Virus record (IMG/VR): IMGVR_UViG_2526164601_000021
Coordinates: 1-21,125 of that record
Source of the DNA: a virus
Taxonomy: Duplodnaviria; Heunggongvirae; Uroviricota; Caudoviricetes
DNA: 21,125 nt
Direction: 5' to 3' (one strand)
Shown here: positions 1 through 8,375 of the stretch, piece by piece
How the letters are laid out: every line of letters starts with the position of its first letter
Position numbering within the stretch: position 1 is the first letter of the stretch
Notes under the pieces: generated by a model
Database searches by the model: none
What the model saw: the letters and a program-made list of their open reading frames with translations, nothing else
What the model was told of the DNA's origin: nothing
Made by a program: the position numbers and the translations under genes

Positions 1-509
1 GTGTAGCCTACGCGGTCTTCAAAGTGCGCAACATTTTTTACTATCAGCTTACGGGGCATTGATTCATCAATGCGGTTTTCATGGTCATAGCGGTATACGA
101 TAATCTCTATTACCATCCCCGGTTTTATATCAGGATTGCCTGCGACTTCTATATCCATTTTGGGGACGAGAGACAGCTGCATATTGCGAAGAGTTTCCAT
201 ATCAGAGTCGGATATATAACGCACTGGGAGTGAGCTATCGCCATATTCGACGTAGCCATCGGTCATGGAATACCCAACAAAACGATATTGATTCTTTGCT
301 GTTGTCGCATGTTCCTGTTGGAGTAGGCGCATTTTGGACAAAGTGTATTCTGCTTTAGGGTTATTCCCCTCGTAGGTAAATGATGGCGTTTGCTTCATCA
401 GATCAGCCAGGGTGTAAAAGTTAAATTCCCCCCGACATACCCAACATAATGCACCTTTGTCTCGCGCTATCTCCGAAAGCATTTTTGACGGTTTGTCACC
501 AGCATTCAT
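1..509 (-). CDS. Hypothetical protein, C-terminal portion running off the window start; true start unresolved (frame appears open upstream of the ATG at 509, possibly to about 950)
   Basis: Manual minus-strand translation gives a continuous frame (..MNAGDKPSKMLSEIARDKGALCWVCRGEFNFYTLADL..RKLIVKNVAHFEDRVGYT) to the window edge; third gene of a leftward operon. No family recognised. Confidence 0.35.
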   Translation of the reverse strand, partial: MNAGDKPSKMLSEIARDKGALCWVCRGEFNFYTLADLMKQTPSFTYEGNNPKAEYTLSKMRLLQQEHATTAKNQYRFVGYSMTDGYVEYGDSSLPVRYISDSDMETLRNMQLSLVPKMDIEVAGNPDIKPGMVIEIIVYRYDHENRIDESMPRKLIVKNVAHFEDRVGY

Positions 510-950
510 ATGATATGTAACTGCGCGTTTTAGCACGCTGCTGGTAATTTTAAGTTTGCCGGAATATGCCTTGAATATAGCGTCTGGTGTTTTGTTGGTA
601 TGTAAATTTGTGCGCGGGGAGGGGATCTTAAACCTGCGCACGTCTTCACTGACAGCAATAACGGTAACAACATCACCAGCCAGCATTGCAGACGTAACAA
701 AGAAATCTGTTTTAAAAGTGCCTGCATTACCGTTTGGATCGCCCATTTCAGCCACCAGCGATGCACCGTATTTGGCTTTCCAGTCATCAATTACGGTGCC
801 GGTAGCGTCATGAATTTCCAGTTTTAGCAAAGGGGCTTTGAGGCTGGTTTTTTCTACATATACTGCGGTAAAAATCCAGTCTCGTGGCACTTTGTTATCG
901 TTAATGAGCACTGACTGTAGAAAATATTGTTGTAACTCCTGGGCCACTTA

Positions 951-1718
951 TCACCCCATAGATATCGAGGTTTCGGTAATAATACGTTTTGCGTCCAACT
1001 CCCATGCTGTGATCACGTCTGCAATCACACTTATCGGCGCTTGTGTGGCATAAATACGCTCTTCTCCAATTGGTGCTGAAACATCCGTAAAGCCGACTTC
1101 TTTGGCATCCTGTATCGAGCAAATCAGCGGGACCGGGACACGAACAAGGTGAGTGGTTGCTTCAAATTGTGTACCTGTCATCAGGCGAAGCCGTGCGCCC
1201 AGCGAATTACACATCAGACTCATGGTCGCTTTATCAGTTGCCATTAACGTAACGTCATACGTCAGAATGGCCTGGGTGTATTCCAGTTCTGCTAAAGGCG
1301 TTCCGGTATCTGGTTCGCAAAAACAGGCTACTTTTTTGCGGTCAATCTGCTGATCATCGTTGATATAATTGATATCCATAGTGCGTGAGATATTGACCAG
1401 GGGGAGAGCATCCCGGTTAATGTTCTGGTTTTCAGGTTTTCTCCCTTGCCCGGCATTTGCGCGACGAACTGCTTTAAGAAACTCGATCGCATTGTCGAAA
1501 CGGGCCATATAGACACGCTCTGCTGGTGGACGATTCAGGAATGACGCAAAGCGTTTTTCTTCCGGCGCGGGGGCCACCAGTAAGATATCAGAAAAAATGT
1601 TGCTGATTAGCGTCGCAAACGCGTTATCCACGTTTTCAAAGCCCGTGGTCTGGAATTTTCCTGTGCGTAAGGTTTGCCATTCACCGGTTCGCGCCAGGAG
1701 GGTTTTATTTGAAGTCAT
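951..1718 (-). CDS. Hypothetical protein (255 aa), function unknown
   Basis: ORF track; start overlaps the stop of the upstream ORF (ATGA at 1715-1718); no nucleotide-binding or catalytic motif recognised. Confidence 0.5.
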   Translation of the reverse strand: MTSNKTLLARTGEWQTLRTGKFQTTGFENVDNAFATLISNIFSDILLVAPAPEEKRFASFLNRPPAERVYMARFDNAIEFLKAVRRANAGQGRKPENQNINRDALPLVNISRTMDINYINDDQQIDRKKVACFCEPDTGTPLAELEYTQAILTYDVTLMATDKATMSLMCNSLGARLRLMTGTQFEATTHLVRVPVPLICSIQDAKEVGFTDVSAPIGEERIYATQAPISVIADVITAWELDAKRIITETSISMG

Positions 1719-2518
1719 TCGATCACTCCGTTTTGAGTCGTATCAAAATTCCTGGCAGGTATGCAGTAGTAAAGCGAACCAACATGCTGTGTGCCGTAGC
1801 TAAAAATACGGTGCACGTACCACCAGCGGCGGGCTACGCCGTTTACCATCTCTTCATTCCATTCAAGAATTGAGCCGACGGGGACGTTATTTGCTGCAAT
1901 ACGCAGAATCAGAACATCATCGGTTAAGCCATCCTGCTCACCGTCTGCGTCAATTGCATGGAAAGAGTCACGCCCGTCAGGGTTATCCAGCACATAAACA
2001 ATTTCAGGTTCCTGATAGGTCAGTTCACGCTGGTTGTTATCCAGTTCAGTGAATGACTCTTCTCCTGTTTCGTCGCTGACTACCCCAAATGTGCCAACAT
2101 CAGGTCGATATAAGAGAGCCTGAAACGCATCTGGGCTGGATTCAATAATCAGCATCCAGTCTGCGCGGATTTGGTCGTTAAAGGCTTTATGCCCGTTATA
2201 GCGTGCTTTTAACTGTGGAGTCGGTTCTCTGCCAGCCAGGGAAGATGGAAGTATGGCTATATCTGATTCGCCAGCATCCGGAGTAAGGCCACCGTTGCTA
2301 TCAGCAAAATTATCATGGCTATCAGCTTTGGCGGCGGGTTGCTCTTCCAGAATGCTGAATGAATCCGAACCGGTATTGCCATGTTCCGGCGCGCCTCCTG
2401 CATTCGCTTCAATCGGCGCTGGCGTTTCTCTCTGCGTGCTGTCATGTTCTGACTCCTTACTTGCCAGGTTTGCATCGTCAGCAAACCATTCGTCAAAACG
2501 GCCCATAAGCATCCTCAA
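1715..2518 (-). CDS. Hypothetical protein (267 aa) with a strongly acidic, low-complexity N-terminal half and an aromatic-rich C-terminal domain
   Basis: ORF track; N-terminal 150 aa rich in D/E/S/G/A; first gene of a three-gene leftward operon; divergent from the higBA promoter region. Confidence 0.5.
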   Translation of the reverse strand: MRMLMGRFDEWFADDANLASKESEHDSTQRETPAPIEANAGGAPEHGNTGSDSFSILEEQPAAKADSHDNFADSNGGLTPDAGESDIAILPSSLAGREPTPQLKARYNGHKAFNDQIRADWMLIIESSPDAFQALLYRPDVGTFGVVSDETGEESFTELDNNQRELTYQEPEIVYVLDNPDGRDSFHAIDADGEQDGLTDDVLILRIAANNVPVGSILEWNEEMVNGVARRWWYVHRIFSYGTQHVGSLYYCIPARNFDTTQNGVIE

Positions 2519-2600
2519 AGGTCGATCTGTCAGGTATCGAAAGGAAGATTTTCGGGAGATTGTGATTTTGGATGAAGGAGGGGGAATTTATAAAATGCAC

Positions 2601-2629
2601 TTGCGCACAGTGCAACGGTGCGCTATAGT
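2601..2629 (+). promoter_or_regulatory. Putative higBA promoter (-35 TTGCGC, 17 nt spacer, -10 TATAGT) overlapping an inverted repeat GCGCAC..GTGCGC (likely autoregulatory operator)
   Basis: Sequence read directly; located about 40 nt upstream of the higB start, with GGAGG about 12 nt upstream of the ATG. Confidence 0.45.
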
Positions 2630-2668
2630 TATGGCATTCGGTAATCATCACGGAGGATCAAATGACTA

Positions 2669-2971
2669 ATGACCAAAAAAATTAACATAAAGGATTTCAG
2701 GGATGCGTGGCTTGATGATTTTTTTGAATTTTCAACACCACATAGAAAGATACCTCCTGATATTCATATGACATTGTCACGGAAGTTGGACATTATCAAT
2801 GCCGCAACTACCTGTAAGGATTTAAGATCACCACCAGGTAATCGGTATGAGGAACTGTCAGGGAAGCTAAATGGCTATTCATCAGTAAGGGTGAATAAGC
2901 AATATAGGTTAATTTTTAAGTGGGTTAACGGAAAGGCCGAGGACTTGTATCTCGACCCTCACAAATACTAA
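2669..2971 (+). CDS. higB: Type II toxin, HigB family (plasmid-killer / RelE-ParE superfamily)
   Basis: 100 aa; N-terminal FRDAWLDDFFE and C-terminal RVNKQYRLIFKWVNGKAEDLYLDPHKY match hallmark HigB motifs; immediately followed by a HigA-type HTH antitoxin gene. Confidence 0.85.
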   Translation: MTKKINIKDFRDAWLDDFFEFSTPHRKIPPDIHMTLSRKLDIINAATTCKDLRSPPGNRYEELSGKLNGYSSVRVNKQYRLIFKWVNGKAEDLYLDPHKY

Positions 2972-3041
2972 AACAGATACCCGGTTACGGACCGGGTTCT
3001 GACCAGAGTCCACTTAATACGCACGCTAGTAAGGGCAAAAA

Positions 3042-3380
3042 ATGAAACAGGCAACCAGAAAACCGACGACCGTAGGTGATATCCTGCTGTACGAATACCT
3101 GGAGCCGTTAGAGCTGAAGATCAACGAGTTGGCAGAAATACTTCATGTTCATCGTAACACCGTAAGTGCTCTTGTTAATAATAATCGTAAGCTAACGATG
3201 GATATGGCATATCGCCTGGCAAAAGCATTCGATACTTCTGTAGATTTTTGGATTAATCTTCAGACCGCAGTAGACCTGTGGGAAGTCGAAAATGATATGC
3301 GCGTTCAGGAAGAGTTAAGTCGTATCAATACTGCTGAAAAATTTATTTCTCAGCGGAACCTGAATAAAAAAGCAGCCTGA
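3042..3380 (+). CDS. higA: Type II antitoxin, HigA family (XRE-type HTH)
   Basis: 112 aa; TVGDILLYEYLEPLELKINELAEILHVHRNTVSALVNNNRKLTMDMAYRLAKAF..FWINLQ matches the HigA/VapI HTH pattern; downstream of higB. Confidence 0.85.
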   Translation: MKQATRKPTTVGDILLYEYLEPLELKINELAEILHVHRNTVSALVNNNRKLTMDMAYRLAKAFDTSVDFWINLQTAVDLWEVENDMRVQEELSRINTAEKFISQRNLNKKAA

Positions 3381-3401
3381 TATAGTAAAACACATACAAA
3401 A

Positions 3402-3430
3402 AGCCCACTTAGCAAGTGGGCTTTCCTTTG
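3402..3430 (+). terminator. Rho-independent terminator after higA
   Basis: 9 bp stem AGCCCACTT / AAGTGGGCT with a 3 nt loop, followed by a T-rich tract. Confidence 0.6.
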
Positions 3431-3436
3431 TAATTA

Positions 3437-3796
3437 ATGAACATTAAACCTATCCGTACAGAACAAGATTATGAGGCCGCACTGCGTGCGGTCGAACCGA
3501 TGTTCGATAATGAACCGGAAATGAACACACCGGAAGGCGATTTCTTTGAGGTTATGTGTCTTCTCATTGAGGAGTACGAGAAAAAACATTACCCAATTGA
3601 GCCACCATCACCTATTGAGGCCATTAAATTCCGTATGGAACAGCAAGGACTGACCGTGAAGGATCTGGAACCGGCAATTGGTAAGTCAAACCGTGTTTAC
3701 GAAGTGCTTAATGGGACACGAAATTTGACGTTACCTATGATTCGTCGTTTACATGCCCAGTTTGGTATTCCACTGGAAAGTCTGATTGGTGTTTAA
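3437..3796 (+). CDS. HTH (XRE-like) DNA-binding protein with N-terminal extension; antitoxin-like regulator lacking an obvious partner toxin
   Basis: 119 aa; C-terminal GKSNRVYEVLNGTRNLTLPMIRRLHAQFGIPLESLI is HTH-like; architecture resembles HigA-like antitoxins of other TA families. Weak RBS. Confidence 0.55.
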   Translation: MNIKPIRTEQDYEAALRAVEPMFDNEPEMNTPEGDFFEVMCLLIEEYEKKHYPIEPPSPIEAIKFRMEQQGLTVKDLEPAIGKSNRVYEVLNGTRNLTLPMIRRLHAQFGIPLESLIGV

Positions 3797-3858
3797 GTTT
3801 TGCGGTCTGGATGACCGCTGTTTTTATAAAAATAGATACTAGAAATTTGGTAGCATAT

Positions 3859-4440
3859 ATGAGTACAGATTCATCAATAAAGAAGGCAGCCGAATCAGAT
3901 AAAGAAAATGGGGGGGCCATTGATGCCGCCAAGGATGTAATGGAATATGTTATAAAGGATAAATTGTTTAATAAAGTATTTGCATATATTTTTATCTCGT
4001 TTTTAGTTGTTAATTGGCGAGATATATTAATACTAATTAAATCAAAAGAAGATATTCTTTATACACTATCAATAGTATTTGTTGGTGGCAAATTACCGTT
4101 TCTTGGTGGTGTTGTTTTATCACCGTGGGTTGCTCACTTTTTCTTGCCGTTTGTTTATGGCGTGATTGCGTCAATTGTGGCGCCAATAGTTACTCTAGCT
4201 GTATCTTACGTTACAACCAACATATATCATGAAATAAAATTTTTAGATGAAAATGCCTATGAAAATCAACTTAAAAAACAAGCAAAGAAAGCCAAAGAAA
4301 GAATTGATATTGAAATGAATGGTAAGTATAGCCAAAAAGTATTAGACGAAAGAAAAAAAGACCTGGAAGATATTGATAATGCGATTAAAAATAAACAAAT
4401 TAACTTTGATAAAAAAGAAAAGAGTTTGCTGATAATATAA
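3859..4440 (+). CDS. Predicted membrane protein (two TM helices) with Lys/Glu-rich coiled-coil tail; frame may continue to about 4636 after a shift in an A6 run at 4411-4416
   Basis: ORF track frame 3811..4440 (start moved to first ATG); hydrophobic stretches VFAYIFISFLVVNW and LPFLGGVVLSPWVAHFFLPFVYGVIASIVAPIVTLAVSYV; AT-rich relative to neighbours; a start-less open frame follows from about 4413 to 4636. Confidence 0.5.
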   Translation: MSTDSSIKKAAESDKENGGAIDAAKDVMEYVIKDKLFNKVFAYIFISFLVVNWRDILILIKSKEDILYTLSIVFVGGKLPFLGGVVLSPWVAHFFLPFVYGVIASIVAPIVTLAVSYVTTNIYHEIKFLDENAYENQLKKQAKKAKERIDIEMNGKYSQKVLDERKKDLEDIDNAIKNKQINFDKKEKSLLII

Positions 4441-4638
4441 ATTTAACATATGATAACATTCTCAGTTTAAGCGAATTATATAAGAATGGAGGGTTCAAAA
4501 TTGAAAATCAGCAGGATTTATATAAATTCCTTTCTGCAGTAAAGGAATCATCATTCAATAACATAAATTTTGATAAATTATTCTCTGAAATTTCCCGCTT
4601 GCATTCTGAAATGCAAACTGATTTATCAGAAAAATGAA

Positions 4639-4661
4639 AGCCTGGCATAAACCACCAGGCT
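4639..4661 (-). terminator. Hairpin terminator (7 bp stem AGCCTGG / CCAGGCT) at the 3' end of the leftward 4673..5866 gene; T-rich on the minus strand
   Basis: Inverted repeat read from sequence, followed on the minus strand by TTCATTTTTC. Confidence 0.45.
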
Positions 4662-4672
4662 ATATGTGTGGT

Positions 4673-5866
4673 TTATGCTTTTTTTACATACTCCATGAAC
4701 ATTTTTTTAGCTTGTGCTGGTGGTGTTCCAGCCATGACAAGCGCATCAATGAACGCCTGCTTCTTCAGTGCGAACTGATCGGCCAGGCGTTGCTGAAGCT
4801 CCTTGTTTTTCTGTTTCTCACGTTGCAACGCCGCTTCTTTTGCTGCCGCCCGTTTTTTCTGTGCGTCTGACAACTTTCTGGCCTTGGTCAGTTGGTCACG
4901 TAGCTTGTCAATCTTGCCGTTGTCCTTTGCCAGTTTTGTGCTTAAAGCGGCCTGGCGCTTCTGATAGAGCCTCCATTCTCGCTTGGCAGCGTCAACGTTC
5001 GTTTTACTGCTACGATTGCGATTAAACTCCTTCTCGTCTTCTTTTGAGAAGTGTTTGGTTGTACGGCGGCGATCGTCACCAAATGCAATTTGCGTTGCAG
5101 CCTTTTGTAGCGCACGAGCAATACTCATTTGCCAACTGGCGGACTGTAACCGCGTCATTGAGTGGATCACGTGTTTACAGGCGACGCCTTGCAGCTTCGG
5201 GTTGCGAACTTTTGGATAGGCGTATTCTTTTGGCGGTGCCAGGGCAAAGTTACCCGCAGTGGCGATGTAACGATACCAGTATTGATGACGACCACAGTCA
5301 CAATCGAAAGACACTCGCCCGGCGCACAGTGATTTAGTGATTTTGAGAGCTGATTTATCGTCTTCTGCGATGTCATCAACCATCTGATCCCATTCTTCAA
5401 AGCGTATCCGGACGATATGGTGCTGGTGGACGGATATATCCGATGCTTCTACGCGGATATTAATCACATTGTGGCGAAGAGATACGGGTGTAGCTCTTTT
5501 GATACCAGACCCGTCATCCACGGCGTTATTTGCACGCTTAATATCGATAGCCTGGCTGGATGCCACCAGCTGGGCGTATGTGATGCCAGCCGTCTTGCTG
5601 TCATATTTTTCGCGCGTTTTACTCCGTAGCTTTTCGAAGCCTTTCAGATCGTCTCGCGTAAAGAACGTGCCGCCTTTTTTCTTCCCTAACTTGAGAATAT
5701 CTTCGGCGGATTTGTTCCTAAGTCTGCCTGGCGTCAGCGTCCGGTGAGCTTGTCGGCGCTTACGGGTTTGTTCTTTCCTGATAAGGTCGAATAAACGCGT
5801 GAAGTCCTTAGAGGACAGACCGTCAGTGATATAGCGCCCGTCCTGGTTTTTCAGGAAATCAGGCAT
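4673..5866 (-). CDS. Hypothetical protein (397 aa) with a CxC...CxH (SWIM-like) cysteine motif and a basic Lys/Arg/Ala/Gln-rich coiled-coil C-terminus
   Basis: ORF track; motif FDCDCGRH...VACKHV; GGAGA RBS upstream; start overlaps the stop of an upstream small ORF. No family recognised. Confidence 0.55.
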   Translation of the reverse strand: MPDFLKNQDGRYITDGLSSKDFTRLFDLIRKEQTRKRRQAHRTLTPGRLRNKSAEDILKLGKKKGGTFFTRDDLKGFEKLRSKTREKYDSKTAGITYAQLVASSQAIDIKRANNAVDDGSGIKRATPVSLRHNVINIRVEASDISVHQHHIVRIRFEEWDQMVDDIAEDDKSALKITKSLCAGRVSFDCDCGRHQYWYRYIATAGNFALAPPKEYAYPKVRNPKLQGVACKHVIHSMTRLQSASWQMSIARALQKAATQIAFGDDRRRTTKHFSKEDEKEFNRNRSSKTNVDAAKREWRLYQKRQAALSTKLAKDNGKIDKLRDQLTKARKLSDAQKKRAAAKEAALQREKQKNKELQQRLADQFALKKQAFIDALVMAGTPPAQAKKMFMEYVKKA

Positions 5867-6187
5867 TTTCTATCTCCGGTTCCGCGCTCGCGTAATCACG
5901 GATCTTGTTCCTCAGCCATGCTACATCAGGAAGAGTTAACGTGGTCCCGGCGGGCATTTCTTCCATTTCTGACTCATGGCCCACCAGCACCCGGAATACC
6001 CAGCGCAAATCTGCATTGCCATACGCCCTGTAGGCTGCAAGGTCTGAACGATATACTTCATCAATCTTTATCGTGTACTGGAAATTATCAGAGTGATACT
6101 CGATACCCGCTTAATCATTTCCTGGTGAAACAGCGCACGAAAAATATCGTCTTCAATATACCTATCGTCGAGTCTGCTATAGCCCAT
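5859..6187 (-). CDS. Small hypothetical protein; apparent frameshift near a CCC/GGG run (about 6106-6108); either two short ORFs or one disrupted gene of about 110 codons
   Basis: Manual translation: MGYSRLDDRYIEDDIFRALFHQEMIKR.. then a second frame ..EYHSDNFQYTIKIDEVYRSDLAAYRAYGNADLRWVFRVLVGHESEMEEMPAGTTLTLPDVAWLRNKIRDYASAEPEIENA whose stop overlaps the downstream start. Confidence 0.3.
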
Positions 6188-6380
6188 AACAAAGCCTCTC
6201 AGTCATAACCTGGTGGAAACTGTATGCAGGGTGTGAAATGCGAGAAACAGACAGGCCACCAGTTCAGGGGGATGTGGTTCATAAATCCCCTCACTGGTGA
6301 CAAGTGACTTTCATTAATCTTTATGCGGGGGCCAGCTTCATTTGCTGGCATTAGATTAAAAATTAAGCGGAGTGAATGAC

Positions 6381-6515
6381 ATGGATGTTATCTTCGAATT
6401 ATTAATGCTAATTGATCTGTTTATGAACGCTTCATTGTCCACTCAAATACTGGCGTCAATATTTTTGTTACTCTTCTACCTGGTATTGAGGGAGTTAACA
6501 AAGCTACTAATGTGA
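6381..6515 (+). CDS. Small hydrophobic peptide (44 aa, single predicted TM helix)
   Basis: MDVIFELLMLIDLFMNASLSTQILASIFLLLFYLVLRELTKLLM; GGAG about 8 nt upstream of the ATG; stop abuts the end of the convergent 6516..6761 ORF. Confidence 0.3.
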   Translation: MDVIFELLMLIDLFMNASLSTQILASIFLLLFYLVLRELTKLLM

Positions 6516-6761
6516 TCAAAGTATCACGGTATCTTCATCAACTTCTTTCCCAGCCAGTGACTTTGGCTGGGAGGTGCCTGCTTTAACTTTTTCATGCCCA
6601 ATAATGGAAAGGAACGAAGCGAGTATGCCTGTTTTTTGCTCTTTCTCGACTGTACCGGTTATCTGCTCTACGTAATCCGCACTGGCAACGTTGTGGTATA
6701 CGGTCGCGTAGCAACACAGGATCATCAGAATATGCTCCGGCCTGATATCCTGCCAGTTCAC
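6516..6761 (-). CDS. Hypothetical small protein (81 aa, GTG start); frame stays open upstream into the end of the preceding ORF
   Basis: ORF track; GGAG-like sequence upstream of the GTG; no family recognised. Confidence 0.4.
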   Translation of the reverse strand: MNWQDIRPEHILMILCCYATVYHNVASADYVEQITGTVEKEQKTGILASFLSIIGHEKVKAGTSQPKSLAGKEVDEDTVIL

Positions 6762-6834
6762 CCTGTAGACTTCTTCTCCGTTACCGTTGTATTCGGTATC
6801 AACGATAGAGTCGGGGATTTCGAAAGCACCTTTG

Positions 6835-7170
6835 TTATTTTGCGGCAGGGATAATAGTTTCTGGTAGTTTTAACTCTCTGTATCTTTCCATCCCAACGAT
6901 GATTGCTGCTCTACCATCGGCATGACGGGTCTTGAGAGTCACCTGGCTTGCTCCGGTGCCAGCGGAGATCGTTGGCGTAATTTCGTCTACTAGAACCTTA
7001 AATTTGCTTTTCCGCAGGGCTGCTATAGCTGGAGGAATTTTTTGCTTTTGCTCCAATGCTGACGCAGGAAGGGGTTTTACTTCGTTAATAATGAGAGCAC
7101 CGTCTTTCAGTATTGCAGTGAGCATTTGAGGCTTGCTGGTGGTCAGGCTGAATATTGCGATCTTTTCCAT
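6835..7170 (-). CDS. Hypothetical small protein (111 aa); C-terminal segment weakly reminiscent of Phd/YefM-type antitoxin fold
   Basis: ORF track; strong RBS (GGAGG) upstream; segment VTLKTRHADGRAAIIVGMERYRELK resembles the Phd/YefM N-domain pattern (weak, unverified). Confidence 0.45.
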   Translation of the reverse strand: MEKIAIFSLTTSKPQMLTAILKDGALIINEVKPLPASALEQKQKIPPAIAALRKSKFKVLVDEITPTISAGTGASQVTLKTRHADGRAAIIVGMERYRELKLPETIIPAAK

Positions 7171-7197
7171 TGTCCTTCCTCCACGGATGACGGATAC

Positions 7198-7221
7198 AAA
7201 AAAAGGCCGCGCATGGCGGCC
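7198..7221 (-). terminator. Strong hairpin (GGCCGC-gcatg-GCGGCC) followed by a T7 run on the minus strand, immediately upstream of the RBS of the 6835..7170 gene
   Basis: Perfect 6 bp inverted repeat with A7/T7 tract, read directly. Confidence 0.55.
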
Positions 7222-7531
7222 TGCTTTGGCGTTATGACTCCCTACCGCGCTTCGGCTGAAAGTTAATCGTCAAAAGAACCTTCAACGGGAGCCGTTAGCG
7301 CGATGGATTATGTGCATTTTGTGATTTCCAAAATAGTGTCAACCACTTTTTGTGGTATTTTATTTTGACCGAAATTTGGCCTAAATCATGTTGATTTGGC
7401 TGATTATTTTTATAACATAAAAGTCATTTTGATTGCATGAAGGTCTGTGCAGTGAAGTTAAGGGTTTTAGGGACCGCGCTCGCGGCTAAGATGGTAAAGT
7501 ATGGAGTTAATGAAATGTTTTTTATAAAAAA

Positions 7532-8336
7532 ATGGAAAAAGAAGTTCCTCAACAATACTTGCTACTGTTGTTGCTCTCTCTGTTCCCACATTTGCCTTTG
7601 CTTATGATTTTAGCAAAATTGACTGCAATGCCCCTAAAACCAGACAGATGTTAATCGATGATTATAATGAACTGCTGAAGGACGATCAGGAAGCAATCTC
7701 TGTAATTGATGCTTATAATCAGATCAATGAGATAAGAGAAAAAATAAGCTCCAATGCCTGGGAACGTATGAATTCTCAGATGGAAGTGCGCTTAGGGTTA
7801 GATATAAGTTATATTTAAATAGCCTCGGCACACCCATATATGAATTTTCTCCAGTTGAGGAATTAACGCAAGATGACGTAAGCGCATCTATCCAAAATAT
7901 CCCTGCAACCACAGCGAGTAAGGCTGGAGGGAATGAAGAAACGTACTCCTGTAAAGTGGCTGTAACCTACAATGGAAAGCGCTCTAACTATATGGGGGAT
8001 ACCGGAGTCTGGGATCGTGTGATTACTGACTATGGCACTTATTTCTCCTGGGATTTGCCGCGCGGAAATCGAGGCAATAGTACAGGCCAGGATGCTTTTA
8101 GTGGCATGGACGAATTAAAGCCAGCATTAGAAAATAAGCTGGTGAGAAAGGAAGTCGAAAAAGATGGTAGCGTGGTTGATGAATTTAGGACTGATGTAAG
8201 TTATGGGGAAAAGCAACCAGTTCATAAGTTTGTATATGCTCGTAGAATAAAACCTACAGGCATGAGAGAGTATTATGTTACGGATTTAACAGACAGGCGG
8301 GCGTTTATGTTTCTGAATTGTCAGAGAGATTCGTGA
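7532..8336 (+). CDS. Putative secreted protein (signal-peptide-like N-terminus), reading frame interrupted twice at homopolymer runs (about 7536-7540 and 7814-7819); possible pseudogene or sequencing artefact
   Basis: Manual three-frame translation: ATG near 7532, signal-like KKRSSSTILATVVALSVPTFA in the adjacent frame, third frame continues to the stop at 8336 (track ORF 7956..8336 is its 3' part). AT-rich. Confidence 0.35.
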
Positions 8337-8344
8337 TTGACATA

Positions 8345-8371
8345 GCAGGCTTACTATTAAGCCTGCTTTTT
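8345..8371 (+). terminator. Rho-independent terminator after the secreted-protein gene
   Basis: Stem GCAGGCTT / AAGCCTGC with 6 nt loop followed by TTTTT. Confidence 0.6.
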
Positions 8372-8375
8372 GGCT

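Noticed and set aside
530-813. Track ORFs 530..790 (-) and 556..813 (+)
   Set aside because: They lie inside or antisense to the longer leftward frame that runs off the window start; no RBS; judged spurious.
2253-2669. Track ORF 2253..2669 (+), 138 aa, and 2257..2496 (-)
   Set aside because: Both overlap the 1715..2518 leftward gene and its promoter region; the plus ORF would run through the higBA promoter; judged to be overlap artefacts.
7724-7912. Track ORF 7724..7912 (-), 62 aa
   Set aside because: Antisense to the putative secreted-protein gene, AT-rich low-complexity sequence, no RBS.
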